Positions 1 through 9,116 of a DNA stretch of 64,000 nucleotides are shown here, piece by piece. The stretch covers positions 129,092 through 193,091 of the forward strand of contig JBBIPC010000006.1 of NCBI GenBank assembly GCA_037443035.1, given 5' to 3'. The stretch is from Chthonomonadales bacterium. Lineage in GTDB: Bacteria; Armatimonadota; Chthonomonadetes; Chthonomonadales; CAJBBX01. The notes under the pieces are model-generated. The model had not been told where the DNA came from. It did no database searches and was given only the letters and a program-made list of their open reading frames with translations. Position 1 is the stretch's first letter. Each line of letters begins with the position of its first letter. The translations under genes and the position numbers were made by a program.

Positions 1-1
1 G

Positions 2-406
2 TTGGGAGCTTCCGTCATCGCGGCGTGTCCCGCTGGTTACGAACCCGATCCCAAGATCGTATCCGTCGCGAGGGAACGAGCTCGCGGCGGAGCGACCATC
101 GAGATCGTGAACGATCCAGAGCAAGCCGTGGCGGGCGCCGATGCCGTCTACACAGACGTCTGGGTAAGCATGGGAGCCGAGGCTGAAGCCGAGCAACGCC
201 GCGCTGTCTTTGCGGCGTTCCGGGTGACGCCAGATCTCATGTCTCAGGCAGCGCCGAACGCTGTGTTCATGCACTGTCTGCCTGCCCATCGTGGAGAGGA
301 AGTCACCGACGCCGTGCTGGACGGCCCTGCGTCTATTGTTCTCGATCAAGCGGAGAATCGTCTGCACGCACAGAAGGCGTTGCTTGCGCTGCTGCTAGGC
401 CCGTAG
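2..406 (+). CDS. argF: Ornithine carbamoyltransferase, C-terminal part (gene starts before the window)
   Basis: YTDVWVSMG, FMHCLPAHRGEEV and QAENRLH motifs; directly upstream of argG-argH. Confidence 0.95.
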   Translation: MGASVIAACPAGYEPDPKIVSVARERARGGATIEIVNDPEQAVAGADAVYTDVWVSMGAEAEAEQRRAVFAAFRVTPDLMSQAAPNAVFMHCLPAHRGEEVTDAVLDGPASIVLDQAENRLHAQKALLALLLGP

Positions 407-453
407 CTAGCGAACTCATAGTGCCATCGCAGGAAAGGGAGAAAGAACACGCT

Positions 454-1677
454 ATGCGCACCGTCGTACTTGTATACTCGGGTGGTCTGGACACCTCTGT
501 GTGTATTCCGCTCATGCGCGAGGAATACGGCTTCGATCGTGTGGTCACTGTTACGGTGGATGTAGGCCAGCCGGCCGCCGACATTCGGCAGGCCGAGGAA
601 CGCGCCCGTTCCCTGGGTACCGAGCATCGGACTGTGGACGCCAAGGCTGAGTTCGTGGAACGATACTGCTGGCCCGCAGTCAGGGCCAATGGTGACTACC
701 AGGGCTATCCGATATCCACGTCCATCGCACGGCCGCTCATTGCGCTCAAAGCAGTGGAGACCGCCAGGGAGGTCGGTGCGCAAGCGTATGCCCACGGTTG
801 TACTGGCAAGGGCAATGATCAGTTCCGTATCGAGTACGTCATGCGCACGTTGACGCCAGAGCTGGAGATCATTGCTCCCATGCGAGAAGGTAGGCGGAAG
901 CCTGACGGTAGTCGTGAGCCATGGACGCGGTCGGAAGAGATTGACTTCGCCGCAGCACACGGCCTGAAAGTAGCTCAGACACGGGATCGCATCTGGAGTA
1001 TTGACGAGAACCTCTGGGGCAGAAGTATCGAAGGGGGACGCTTGGAGGAGCCGGACTTCGCTCCGCCAGAGGAGATCTTCCAGTGGACCCGAGGCATTGC
1101 CGATACTCCAGGCATTCCTGCGGTCATCACGATCGGCTTCGACAACGGCGTGCCCGTGTCACTAGACGGTGTACCGATGGACGGTCTCGATCTCGTTCAG
1201 ACGCTCAACAAGCTGGCCGGCGAGCACGGTGTCGGGCGTGTGGATATCATGGAAGACCGCATGCTAGGTCTGAAGGTGCGTGAGAACTACGAGTGCCCTG
1301 CGGCTGTCGTACTTCTGACCGCACACCGCGCTCTCGAAGCTCTCGTCTGCACTCAGTCAGAGCTGAAGTTCAAGGCCATGGTGGACAGGGAATGGGGTGA
1401 ACTGGCCTACCGCGGATTGTGGTTCGATCCATTGAAGGAAGACCTGGAATCGTTCATTGCCAAGATTCAGGAGCGGGTCTGCGGCGAAGTGATCCTCCGT
1501 CTTTCGAAGGGATCCTGTACCGTCGTCGGTCGGCGGAGCCCATGGGCGCTGTATAGCGAAGACCTCGCTTCGTTCGACAGCAAGACGTTCAACCAGGCGG
1601 ACAGCGAAGGCATGGTGAAGCTGCATGGTATGCAAGGGCGCATGTACTGGATGCTCAAGCAGGCAAAGAGTAGTTAG
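454..1677 (+). CDS. argG: Argininosuccinate synthase
   Basis: YSGGLDTS loop, AHGCTGKGNDQ, SIDENLWGRSIEGG; start placed at ATG 454 (ORF track starts at 421). Confidence 0.97.
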   Translation: MRTVVLVYSGGLDTSVCIPLMREEYGFDRVVTVTVDVGQPAADIRQAEERARSLGTEHRTVDAKAEFVERYCWPAVRANGDYQGYPISTSIARPLIALKAVETAREVGAQAYAHGCTGKGNDQFRIEYVMRTLTPELEIIAPMREGRRKPDGSREPWTRSEEIDFAAAHGLKVAQTRDRIWSIDENLWGRSIEGGRLEEPDFAPPEEIFQWTRGIADTPGIPAVITIGFDNGVPVSLDGVPMDGLDLVQTLNKLAGEHGVGRVDIMEDRMLGLKVRENYECPAAVVLLTAHRALEALVCTQSELKFKAMVDREWGELAYRGLWFDPLKEDLESFIAKIQERVCGEVILRLSKGSCTVVGRRSPWALYSEDLASFDSKTFNQADSEGMVKLHGMQGRMYWMLKQAKSS

Positions 1678-1686
1678 GTCCACGGC

Positions 1687-3081
1687 ATGACGTCAGATGG
1701 TTCGCCGCACAGGCTATGGGGTGGGCGCTTCGCGGCTCCCGTAGACGAGATTACCGAGCGACTGAATAACTCGTTTGCTTACGATAGTCGCATGTGGCGG
1801 GAGGACATCCAGGCAAGCATCGCCCACGCCGAGATGCTCGGGGAAACGGGAGTACTGCCGAAGGAAGAGGCCGCAGCCATTGCAGACGGCCTCCGCGAGG
1901 TTGGGGCTGGGCTCGAAGACGGCACTCTGGCGATGGATCCCCGCTCCGAGGACGTCCATACTGCCATCGAGGGGTTGTTGCGGGCGAAGATAGGTCCGCT
2001 CGCGGGAAAGTTGCACACCGCACGCTCGCGCAACGACCAGGTTGCCACCGACTTCCGGCTCTACCTCAAGCATGCAGTGGAGCGGCTCGTCGAGTTGCTG
2101 GCACAAATCCAGCATACGCTGCTAGTTGTCGCTGAGCGGGAGATGGATGCCATCCTGCCTGGCTACACGCACTTACAGCACGCCCAGCCAGTGCGTCTGG
2201 CACACCATCTCCTCGCGTATTTCTGGATGTTCCAGCGGGATCGGGATCGGCTTCGCGACTGGGCGGCGCGTACCGATGAGCTTCCTCTCGGAGCAGGGGC
2301 ACTAGCAGGCACAAGCTTCGGTATCGAACCGGCGATCGTTGCGCGGAAGCTTGGCTTCGCGCGCGTTGCACCCAACAGCATGGATGCCGTTTCGGACCGC
2401 GATTTCGCGCTCGAGTTCCTGAGCGCCGCGGCAATCCTCATGGTACATTGCTCGCGGTTGGGCGAAGAACTCGTCCTATGGAGCTCTCCTGAGTTCGGAT
2501 TCGTGACGCTTGCCGACTGCGTGACGACGGGCAGCAGCATTATGCCTCAGAAGAAGAACCCCGATGTAGCGGAGCTTGCCCGCGGGAAGGCCGGACGGGT
2601 GATCGGCAATCTTATGGGCCTGCTCACGGTCATGAAAGGCCTTCCACTGACCTATAACAAAGATATGCAGGAGGACAAGGAAGCCGTCTTCGATACCCTG
2701 GACACGCTGTACACGGTGCTACCAGCGTTGGAGCTCTCGGTCCGCACTGCGACGTTCGACCGTCTCAGGATGCGGCAGGCCCTTGCAGGCGACTTCTCGA
2801 CCGCCACCGACCTGGCCGACGCGCTGGTGCGCACGGGAATGCCGTTTCGTCAAGCGCACGAACTTGTCGGGCGGCTCGTGCGGCTCTGCGTCGAGCGGGG
2901 GCGCTGTTTGGACGACTTGGGCTCTGCGGACATGGTAGCTCTGGTCCCGGAGCTTATGGCCGTCGAAGGGTTGAGCATGACACCTGAGGCATCCGTTGAA
3001 TCCCGCAGGACCCCTTCCGGTACTGCTCGCTCTTCGGTGGAGCGGCAGTTGCAGCAAGCGAAGGCTCTCTTGGGTCTCTGA
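1687..3081 (+). CDS. argH: Argininosuccinate lyase
   Basis: LWGGRF, HTARSRNDQVATD, GSSIMPQKKNPD signature, YNKDMQEDKE. Confidence 0.97.
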   Translation: MTSDGSPHRLWGGRFAAPVDEITERLNNSFAYDSRMWREDIQASIAHAEMLGETGVLPKEEAAAIADGLREVGAGLEDGTLAMDPRSEDVHTAIEGLLRAKIGPLAGKLHTARSRNDQVATDFRLYLKHAVERLVELLAQIQHTLLVVAEREMDAILPGYTHLQHAQPVRLAHHLLAYFWMFQRDRDRLRDWAARTDELPLGAGALAGTSFGIEPAIVARKLGFARVAPNSMDAVSDRDFALEFLSAAAILMVHCSRLGEELVLWSSPEFGFVTLADCVTTGSSIMPQKKNPDVAELARGKAGRVIGNLMGLLTVMKGLPLTYNKDMQEDKEAVFDTLDTLYTVLPALELSVRTATFDRLRMRQALAGDFSTATDLADALVRTGMPFRQAHELVGRLVRLCVERGRCLDDLGSADMVALVPELMAVEGLSMTPEASVESRRTPSGTARSSVERQLQQAKALLGL

Positions 3082-3083
3082 CC

Positions 3084-4268
3084 ATGCGGCGCCCGTCGGC
3101 CGAAGTATGGGTTCTGATGGGGCTGGTACTCGTTTTCGTGGTCCTGGCGACGGTCCGCGAGCAGGAAGCTCTGCAAGAAGCGCTGCATTCCGGTCCCAGT
3201 GCTTTCAGTGTACGCCCGGATGGAGGCCGTGCGCTGTTCGATCTGTCTCGACGCCGCGGCATGCGGGCGGTTCGCTGGACGGACAGGATCTCGCGGCTCC
3301 CCTCGGACACAGGCGCTATTCTACTCACCGAGCCGCTGCTGCAGCCCCTGAGTAGAGAGGACGAGACGTTCCTTCATGATTGGCTGGCCGATGGAGGCAT
3401 GCTGATTGTCGTCGTAGATCGTCGGTTCGGCAGGGCTGCCTCCGTCGGACTCGGCGATGTAGAGACGGCGGGCTTCGCCGGCGTGCCGAGGACCATACCG
3501 CTGCAGTCACGGTCGCCACTGTTCCACGACGTACGCGCTCTTCATGTGGACCGTGGACCTGTGCTAGTCGCGTCGCGGCCAGACGCAGAGACAGTCATCG
3601 AGGTCCAGCAGGGCGCCCTGGCCCTCTCATGGCGTGAAGGCAAGGGTACAGTAGTGGCCCTCTCCGCAGCCATTGGACCGGTGAACCGGACCATCGGCCT
3701 TGACGACAATGCCGTGCTGTACGTGAACCTGCTGGAGTCTGCTGCGTCGAAAGGCAAGTCGGTCGCGTTCGCAGAGCTGTACCATCGGCCTGCAACCCCA
3801 GTCGGCCGCGGTGGACAGTGGTGGCGGATCCTTCCCGGCAGCGTGCGTGCAGCTGGTTGGCTCCTAGCGTTGGTGCTGTTCGCGGCCGTATGGAATGGGA
3901 ACCACCGGTTCGGCGCGCTGTTGGAGAGGCGCTCCGACGGGGTCGAGACTCCACGCGAGACGGCAGGGTCTCTCTACGTGACGTCCATGGCGTCGTTGCT
4001 CCGCCGGGCTCGCCAGCCGGAGATCGCCATCGAGCATCTGCATGCGTCCTTGTTGCGGGACCTGGCTCAGCACGCCGGTGTGGACATCTCCGCGCCCACG
4101 GCCGAACTGGTAAGAGCGACGAACGCGCCGGCAGACTTGGCGCAGACGATTACCGACGCTGTCGAGTTCGGGGCGTCCATCGCTGCGGGAGGTCGAGCAA
4201 CGGAAGAGAAGCTGGTATCCTACGCGAGAACGGTCCAGACCATCAGAAGGGAGTTGCGGCTTGGCTGA
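3084..4268 (+). CDS. DUF4350-like membrane protein
   Basis: N-terminal TM helix, '[11 protein letters not shown]' and 'N..IGLDDNA' patterns, second TM followed by 'RFG'; typical partner upstream of MoxR. Confidence 0.7.
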   Translation: MRRPSAEVWVLMGLVLVFVVLATVREQEALQEALHSGPSAFSVRPDGGRALFDLSRRRGMRAVRWTDRISRLPSDTGAILLTEPLLQPLSREDETFLHDWLADGGMLIVVVDRRFGRAASVGLGDVETAGFAGVPRTIPLQSRSPLFHDVRALHVDRGPVLVASRPDAETVIEVQQGALALSWREGKGTVVALSAAIGPVNRTIGLDDNAVLYVNLLESAASKGKSVAFAELYHRPATPVGRGGQWWRILPGSVRAAGWLLALVLFAAVWNGNHRFGALLERRSDGVETPRETAGSLYVTSMASLLRRARQPEIAIEHLHASLLRDLAQHAGVDISAPTAELVRATNAPADLAQTITDAVEFGASIAAGGRATEEKLVSYARTVQTIRRELRLG

Positions 4269-5259
4269 AGAGGCATTCAACGGACTCGCGCCCGCTATGG
4301 TGCAGGAGTCGCACCCAGTTGCTGATGCGTGCGAGCTCGTGTTCGCGGAGATGCACAAGGCCGTCGTCGGACAGAATGCACTTCTCGAAGCGCTCATGGT
4401 GGCACTGCTCAGCAACGGCCACGTCCTTGTGGAAGGGGTGCCTGGTACGGCCAAGACGCTGGCACTCCGGGCTCTGGCCAGGACGCTAGGCGTGGAGTTT
4501 AGCCGAGTGCAGTTCACGCCTGACCTCATGCCCTCGGACATCATCGGGACGAACGTATTCGACCCGCGAACCGCCGAGTTCCACCTACGCAAGGGTCCGC
4601 TGTTCACGGGCATACTGCTCGCAGACGAAGTCAACCGCACACCACCCAAGACGCAGTCTGCCCTGCTCGAGGCTATGGAGGAACGCGCCGTGACAATTGA
4701 CGGCGTCACGCACGCATTGCCCCAACCCTTCATGGTTTGTGCAACGCAGAACCCGATCGAGTTCGAGGGAACCTATCCTCTACCCGAAGCACAGCTCGAT
4801 CGGTTCATGCTCAAGGTCGTGGTGGACTACCCGACTGAGGATGAGGAGACGGCAATCCTGGACCGCTATCAGGCAGGTTTCCGGTCGAACAACCTCGATG
4901 CGGTGGGAATACGGCAGGTCCTGACTGCGGACAGGCTCGCTGAGCTGAAAAGGCACGTAGATGCCGTCACTGTGACCCCCGGAGTCCGCCGGTACATCAC
5001 CCAGCTCTGTCGTGCAGGACGGAGCAACCGCAACGCTCTGCTCGGACCATCGCCGCGCGGCACGATCTATCTGATGCTCGCCACCAAGGCGCTCGCTGCT
5101 ATGAACGGCCGCGACTACGCCACACCAGACGATGTCAAAGCGATCGCGCATCCGGTGCTCGATCACAGAGTCCTTGTTCGGCCAGAAAGCGAAATGGACG
5201 GCATCACCGCGGATCAAGTCGTCGCCGGTATGCTCAGCACGGTAGAGGTGCCACGGTAG
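4261..5259 (+). CDS. moxR: MoxR-family AAA+ ATPase
   Basis: [66 protein letters not shown]. Confidence 0.95.
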   Translation: MAEEAFNGLAPAMVQESHPVADACELVFAEMHKAVVGQNALLEALMVALLSNGHVLVEGVPGTAKTLALRALARTLGVEFSRVQFTPDLMPSDIIGTNVFDPRTAEFHLRKGPLFTGILLADEVNRTPPKTQSALLEAMEERAVTIDGVTHALPQPFMVCATQNPIEFEGTYPLPEAQLDRFMLKVVVDYPTEDEETAILDRYQAGFRSNNLDAVGIRQVLTADRLAELKRHVDAVTVTPGVRRYITQLCRAGRSNRNALLGPSPRGTIYLMLATKALAAMNGRDYATPDDVKAIAHPVLDHRVLVRPESEMDGITADQVVAGMLSTVEVPR

Positions 5260-5512
5260 GCGTGGGGTAAACTGTGGGCAGAGAAAGCCCGGAGGAGCGC
5301 AGAGGACCCGTCGTGCGAAAGCACGGAGCATCATGCCATGGCGTTTGAGCTGACGTCACGACGTCCGAGGCAACGCGCGGCTATGCACGTGCCCAGGGTG
5401 GAGAGGAGGGCAGGAGCGGCTCGCGACTATTGCGCAGCAGCGGAGCACCTCCTTCAGTGGCTAGTACTGGCTGGTCAGGGTCTCGAACGTGGCGCTCCTG
5501 GCGGAGGACACC

Positions 5513-7270
5513 ATGCGTAACCTCCTCCGCCTTTTCCACGAGGTCAAGCGCTATTGGCGCGTCCTCATGCTCATCGTCTTCCTCACCGCATGCACCGCGG
5601 GTCTGGGCCTTCCGGGACCTCTCATCATCCGGTATCTTGTAGACCACCTCGTCGCCCGTAAGCCCTTCAACATCGCCCTGTTCTTCGCAGCGTACGTCGG
5701 CGTGTCCGTGGCTAGCTCTCTGGTCGGCGCCGCTCTGTCCCTTACCGTGACGTACCTCGGACAGCGCTTCAAGTACGACATGCGGCGGAAGTTGTACGGC
5801 CACATGCAGACACTGTCGTTAGGGTTCTTCGAGAAGAACCAGACCGGCAAGCTGATGTCCAATATCACCAACGACGTGGCGACTCTCGACCAGCTCATCA
5901 GCGGTGGTTTCGTGACGCTAGTGTCCGACCTGGTGACCCTCTGCGCCGTACTGATCATCGTCTTCCGAATGAACTGGTATCTCGCGCTGTGGTCCCTATC
6001 GGTCTTCCCGCTGTACATTGTCAACTATCTCCTCCATATTGGGAAGATCAAGCAGCGCGCTGACGAGATCCGGGAAGAACGGGACATCATGCTGGGCGAC
6101 TTGCAGGAGAAGCTGGCGGGGGCGCTGGTGGTGAAGTCCTATGCGAAAGAGCGTTACGAGGTCCGCCAGTTCGTGGGGCAGAACCGCAACCTGCTCGAGC
6201 TGAACGTCAACCAGGGCATGCTGGGCACGCGGTTGTGGACGTTAGCGGAGTTCATCGGCAGTGGCCTCGGCGTGGCGATCATCATGCTGATCGGTGGGCG
6301 CCAGGTCATGGCCGGTCACCTTACGCCCGGATCGCTCATCGCTTTCGTCTCGTTCATCACCGGCTACCTGTATGGACCGATACTGCGACTTATTCAGCTC
6401 AACGATCAGATCGCGCGAACGAACGCTGCATTGACGCGCATCTTTGGCACCTTGGACACGGAGCCGAATATCAAGGATCGTCCTGATGCCATCGAGCTGC
6501 CGACGATCCAGGGCGCCGTGCGTTTCAACCGCGTGTGGTTCGAGTACGAGCCTGGGCAGCCGGTTATCAAGGGCGTATCTCTAGACGTGAAACCTGGACA
6601 GATGGTGGCTCTCGTTGGCCAATCCGGTTCTGGTAAGACGACGATGATCAACCTGCTGTCTCGGCACTACGATGTCACGGATGGAGCGATCACGATTGAC
6701 GGTTACGATATCCGGAGCGTGCAACTGGCGTCTCTCCGGCGGCAGGTCGGGGTTGTCATACAGGAGACAGTGCTCTTCAACACCACCATTCGTGAGAACA
6801 TACGCTACGGGCGCTTGGAGGCGACCGACGAGGAAGTAGAAGAGGCCGCACGCGCAGCCAACGTCGCCCATGTTATCGAAGCACTGCCGAAGGGCTACGA
6901 CACGCGCATAGGGGAGGAGGGCATCAAGCTCTCTGGAGGCGAGAAGCAGCGAATCGCCATTGCCAGGGCGATACTTTCCGATCCCCGCATCCTTGTGCTG
7001 GATGAGGCGACGTCGGCACTGGATTCCGAAACGGAGACACTCATCCAGGAGGCCCTAGACAGGCTCATGAAAGGCCGGACTTCCTTCGTCATAGCTCATC
7101 GCCTGTCCACCATCGTGAAGGCCGACATTATCGTAGTCATGGAGAAGGGCGAGATCAAAGAATCCGGCAGTCATACGGAGCTGTTGGCAAGAGGTGGCAT
7201 CTACGCTGCTCTCTATACCCAACAGTTCAAAGTCGCGCTGGAAGAGCAGCAGGCGGCAGTGGCACCATGA
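5513..7270 (+). CDS. ABC exporter half-transporter (TMD+NBD), subunit 1
   Basis: Multi-TM N-terminus; GQSGSGKT, LSGGEKQR, LVLDEATSALD, AHRLST; GGAGG RBS before ATG 5513. Confidence 0.93.
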   Translation: MRNLLRLFHEVKRYWRVLMLIVFLTACTAGLGLPGPLIIRYLVDHLVARKPFNIALFFAAYVGVSVASSLVGAALSLTVTYLGQRFKYDMRRKLYGHMQTLSLGFFEKNQTGKLMSNITNDVATLDQLISGGFVTLVSDLVTLCAVLIIVFRMNWYLALWSLSVFPLYIVNYLLHIGKIKQRADEIREERDIMLGDLQEKLAGALVVKSYAKERYEVRQFVGQNRNLLELNVNQGMLGTRLWTLAEFIGSGLGVAIIMLIGGRQVMAGHLTPGSLIAFVSFITGYLYGPILRLIQLNDQIARTNAALTRIFGTLDTEPNIKDRPDAIELPTIQGAVRFNRVWFEYEPGQPVIKGVSLDVKPGQMVALVGQSGSGKTTMINLLSRHYDVTDGAITIDGYDIRSVQLASLRRQVGVVIQETVLFNTTIRENIRYGRLEATDEEVEEAARAANVAHVIEALPKGYDTRIGEEGIKLSGGEKQRIAIARAILSDPRILVLDEATSALDSETETLIQEALDRLMKGRTSFVIAHRLSTIVKADIIVVMEKGEIKESGSHTELLARGGIYAALYTQQFKVALEEQQAAVAP

Positions 7271-9021
7271 GCAACCTAGGACGACTGCTCGGCTACCTGA
7301 GGCCCTATCGAGGTAGGGTTGCCCTGGCTGTCCTTCTGATGCTACTGGTAACAGCCTCGGCACTCCCCATGCCGCGAATCACGCAGTACACGCTGGATGT
7401 TGTGCTGCCCGGCAAGTCCCAGCGTCTTCTCGTGCTCGTTTTTTGGCTCATCGTCGGGCTGTACGCCTTCCGTGGCTTGGCGAGCTTCGCGCTGAACTAT
7501 CTGCTGGGATGGCTCGGACAGCGCGTCGTCTTCGACCTGCGGTTCCAGTCCTACCGTCACCTGAATCGGCTGTCGCTCAGCTACTACGACAAACGCCAGA
7601 CCGGCAAGATCATGGCACGTGTCATCGATGACATCAATGTCATCCAGTACATGATCACCGGAGGCTTCGTGACGCTCATCACGGACATACTGACCCTGGT
7701 GGTTGTCCTTCCCGTAGTCTTCCATATGCAGTGGCGACTGGCATGGATCGCCGTCGTCATCGTGCCGACGTACGTTGTGATCTATAAGCTATTCCTCAGG
7801 CGCATCCGTGCCCTTAGCGTCGAGCTCCGGGAAAAGTGGGACGCTCTTATCGGCGCTTTGCAAGAAAAGATATCAGGTATCGCCGTTGTCAAAGCGTTTC
7901 ACCGCGAGGAGTACGAGGTCGAGCGTTTCATGACGACGGTTCAGGACAACTTCCGTCTTGGCATGACGCAGGCGAAGCTCAATAGGCTGCTCGGTCTGAT
8001 CGTGACAGTAATCAGCGCAGGGGGTACAGGCATCATCTACTGGTACGGCGCCATCCTCGTACTGCACCGTCACCTCCAGCCTGGAGAACTTATCGCGTTT
8101 GTCGGTTACATCGGGTACCTGTACGGGCCAGCTCTGCGCCTGGTGGACTTCAACATCCAGGCCCAATGGGCTGGAGCGGCGATTGACCGTGTGTTCGAGA
8201 CGCTGGACACCCGCCCCGAGATCATGGATGCCCCTGACGCAATCGCCATGCCGAACATGCGTGGGGCGGTGGAGTTCCAGTCGGTGACGTTCGGCTACGA
8301 CCCGGACAAGCCGGTCCTTCACGACATCGACTTGAAGGTCGAGCCGGGTGAGATGATTGCCATTGTCGGTCCCTCGGGCGCCGGCAAGACGACGCTGGTC
8401 AATCTCATTGCGCGTTTCTACGATGTAACCGATGGTGCCGTGCTCATTGACGGAGTGGACGTCCGCCGCATCAAGCTAGAATCCATCCGGCGGCACATAG
8501 GCTACGTTTCACAGGAGTCGCTTCTTTTCTCGGTCACACTCCGCGAGAACATCGCGTACGGCTTCCACGATGCGACTCAGGAGCAGATCGAGGAGGCGGC
8601 CAGAAACGCTGACCTGCACAGCTTTGTTGTCAGCCTGCCCGACGGGTACGAGACCAAGATCGGCGAGGACGGCGTGAAGCTTTCGGTGGGTCAGAAACAA
8701 CGTCTAGCCATAGCCAGGGCCATCCTCACGAACCCGCGCATCCTCATACTCGACGATGCCACGTCGGCCTTGGACTCCGAGACGGAAGCCAATGTGCAGG
8801 CGGCATTGGAGCGCGTGATGCAAGGCCGAACGAGCTTTGTCATCGCGCATCGTCTCTCGACCATCATGAACGCTGACCGGATTGTCGTCGTGGACGGTGG
8901 ACGCATCGTTGACATCGGCCGACATGAGGATCTCGTCCACCGCGAGGGTGTCTACAAGAACCTCTACGACGAGCAGTTCCGTAGCGCACGGGAAGGTGCT
9001 CTAGCAGCCCTTCTCGGTTAG
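7267..9021 (+). CDS. ABC exporter half-transporter (TMD+NBD), subunit 2, with degenerate motifs
   Basis: ATGA overlap with subunit 1; GPSGAGKT, LSVGQKQR, LILDDATSALD, AHRLST. Confidence 0.93.
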   Translation: MSNLGRLLGYLRPYRGRVALAVLLMLLVTASALPMPRITQYTLDVVLPGKSQRLLVLVFWLIVGLYAFRGLASFALNYLLGWLGQRVVFDLRFQSYRHLNRLSLSYYDKRQTGKIMARVIDDINVIQYMITGGFVTLITDILTLVVVLPVVFHMQWRLAWIAVVIVPTYVVIYKLFLRRIRALSVELREKWDALIGALQEKISGIAVVKAFHREEYEVERFMTTVQDNFRLGMTQAKLNRLLGLIVTVISAGGTGIIYWYGAILVLHRHLQPGELIAFVGYIGYLYGPALRLVDFNIQAQWAGAAIDRVFETLDTRPEIMDAPDAIAMPNMRGAVEFQSVTFGYDPDKPVLHDIDLKVEPGEMIAIVGPSGAGKTTLVNLIARFYDVTDGAVLIDGVDVRRIKLESIRRHIGYVSQESLLFSVTLRENIAYGFHDATQEQIEEAARNADLHSFVVSLPDGYETKIGEDGVKLSVGQKQRLAIARAILTNPRILILDDATSALDSETEANVQAALERVMQGRTSFVIAHRLSTIMNADRIVVVDGGRIVDIGRHEDLVHREGVYKNLYDEQFRSAREGALAALLG

Positions 9022-9116
9022 AAGAGCGTCACCTGGCGCGTGCCGGTTCGGCCGGTCCGCCTAATGGCCTTGCAGCCCAGACGGGGTAGAATAGGCGTCG
9101 GTAGTTTCCCCGCGCG

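Noticed and set aside
5264..5312. Weak resemblance to a c-di-GMP-I riboswitch (GGTAAAC...GAAA...CGCAGAG)
   Set aside because: The stem pairing and second hairpin do not fit the consensus; kept only as a generic structured leader
5338..5520. 60-aa ORF as a RiPP/bacteriocin precursor for the ABC exporters
   Set aside because: No double-glycine leader pattern, no peptidase domain on the exporters and no modifying enzymes nearby
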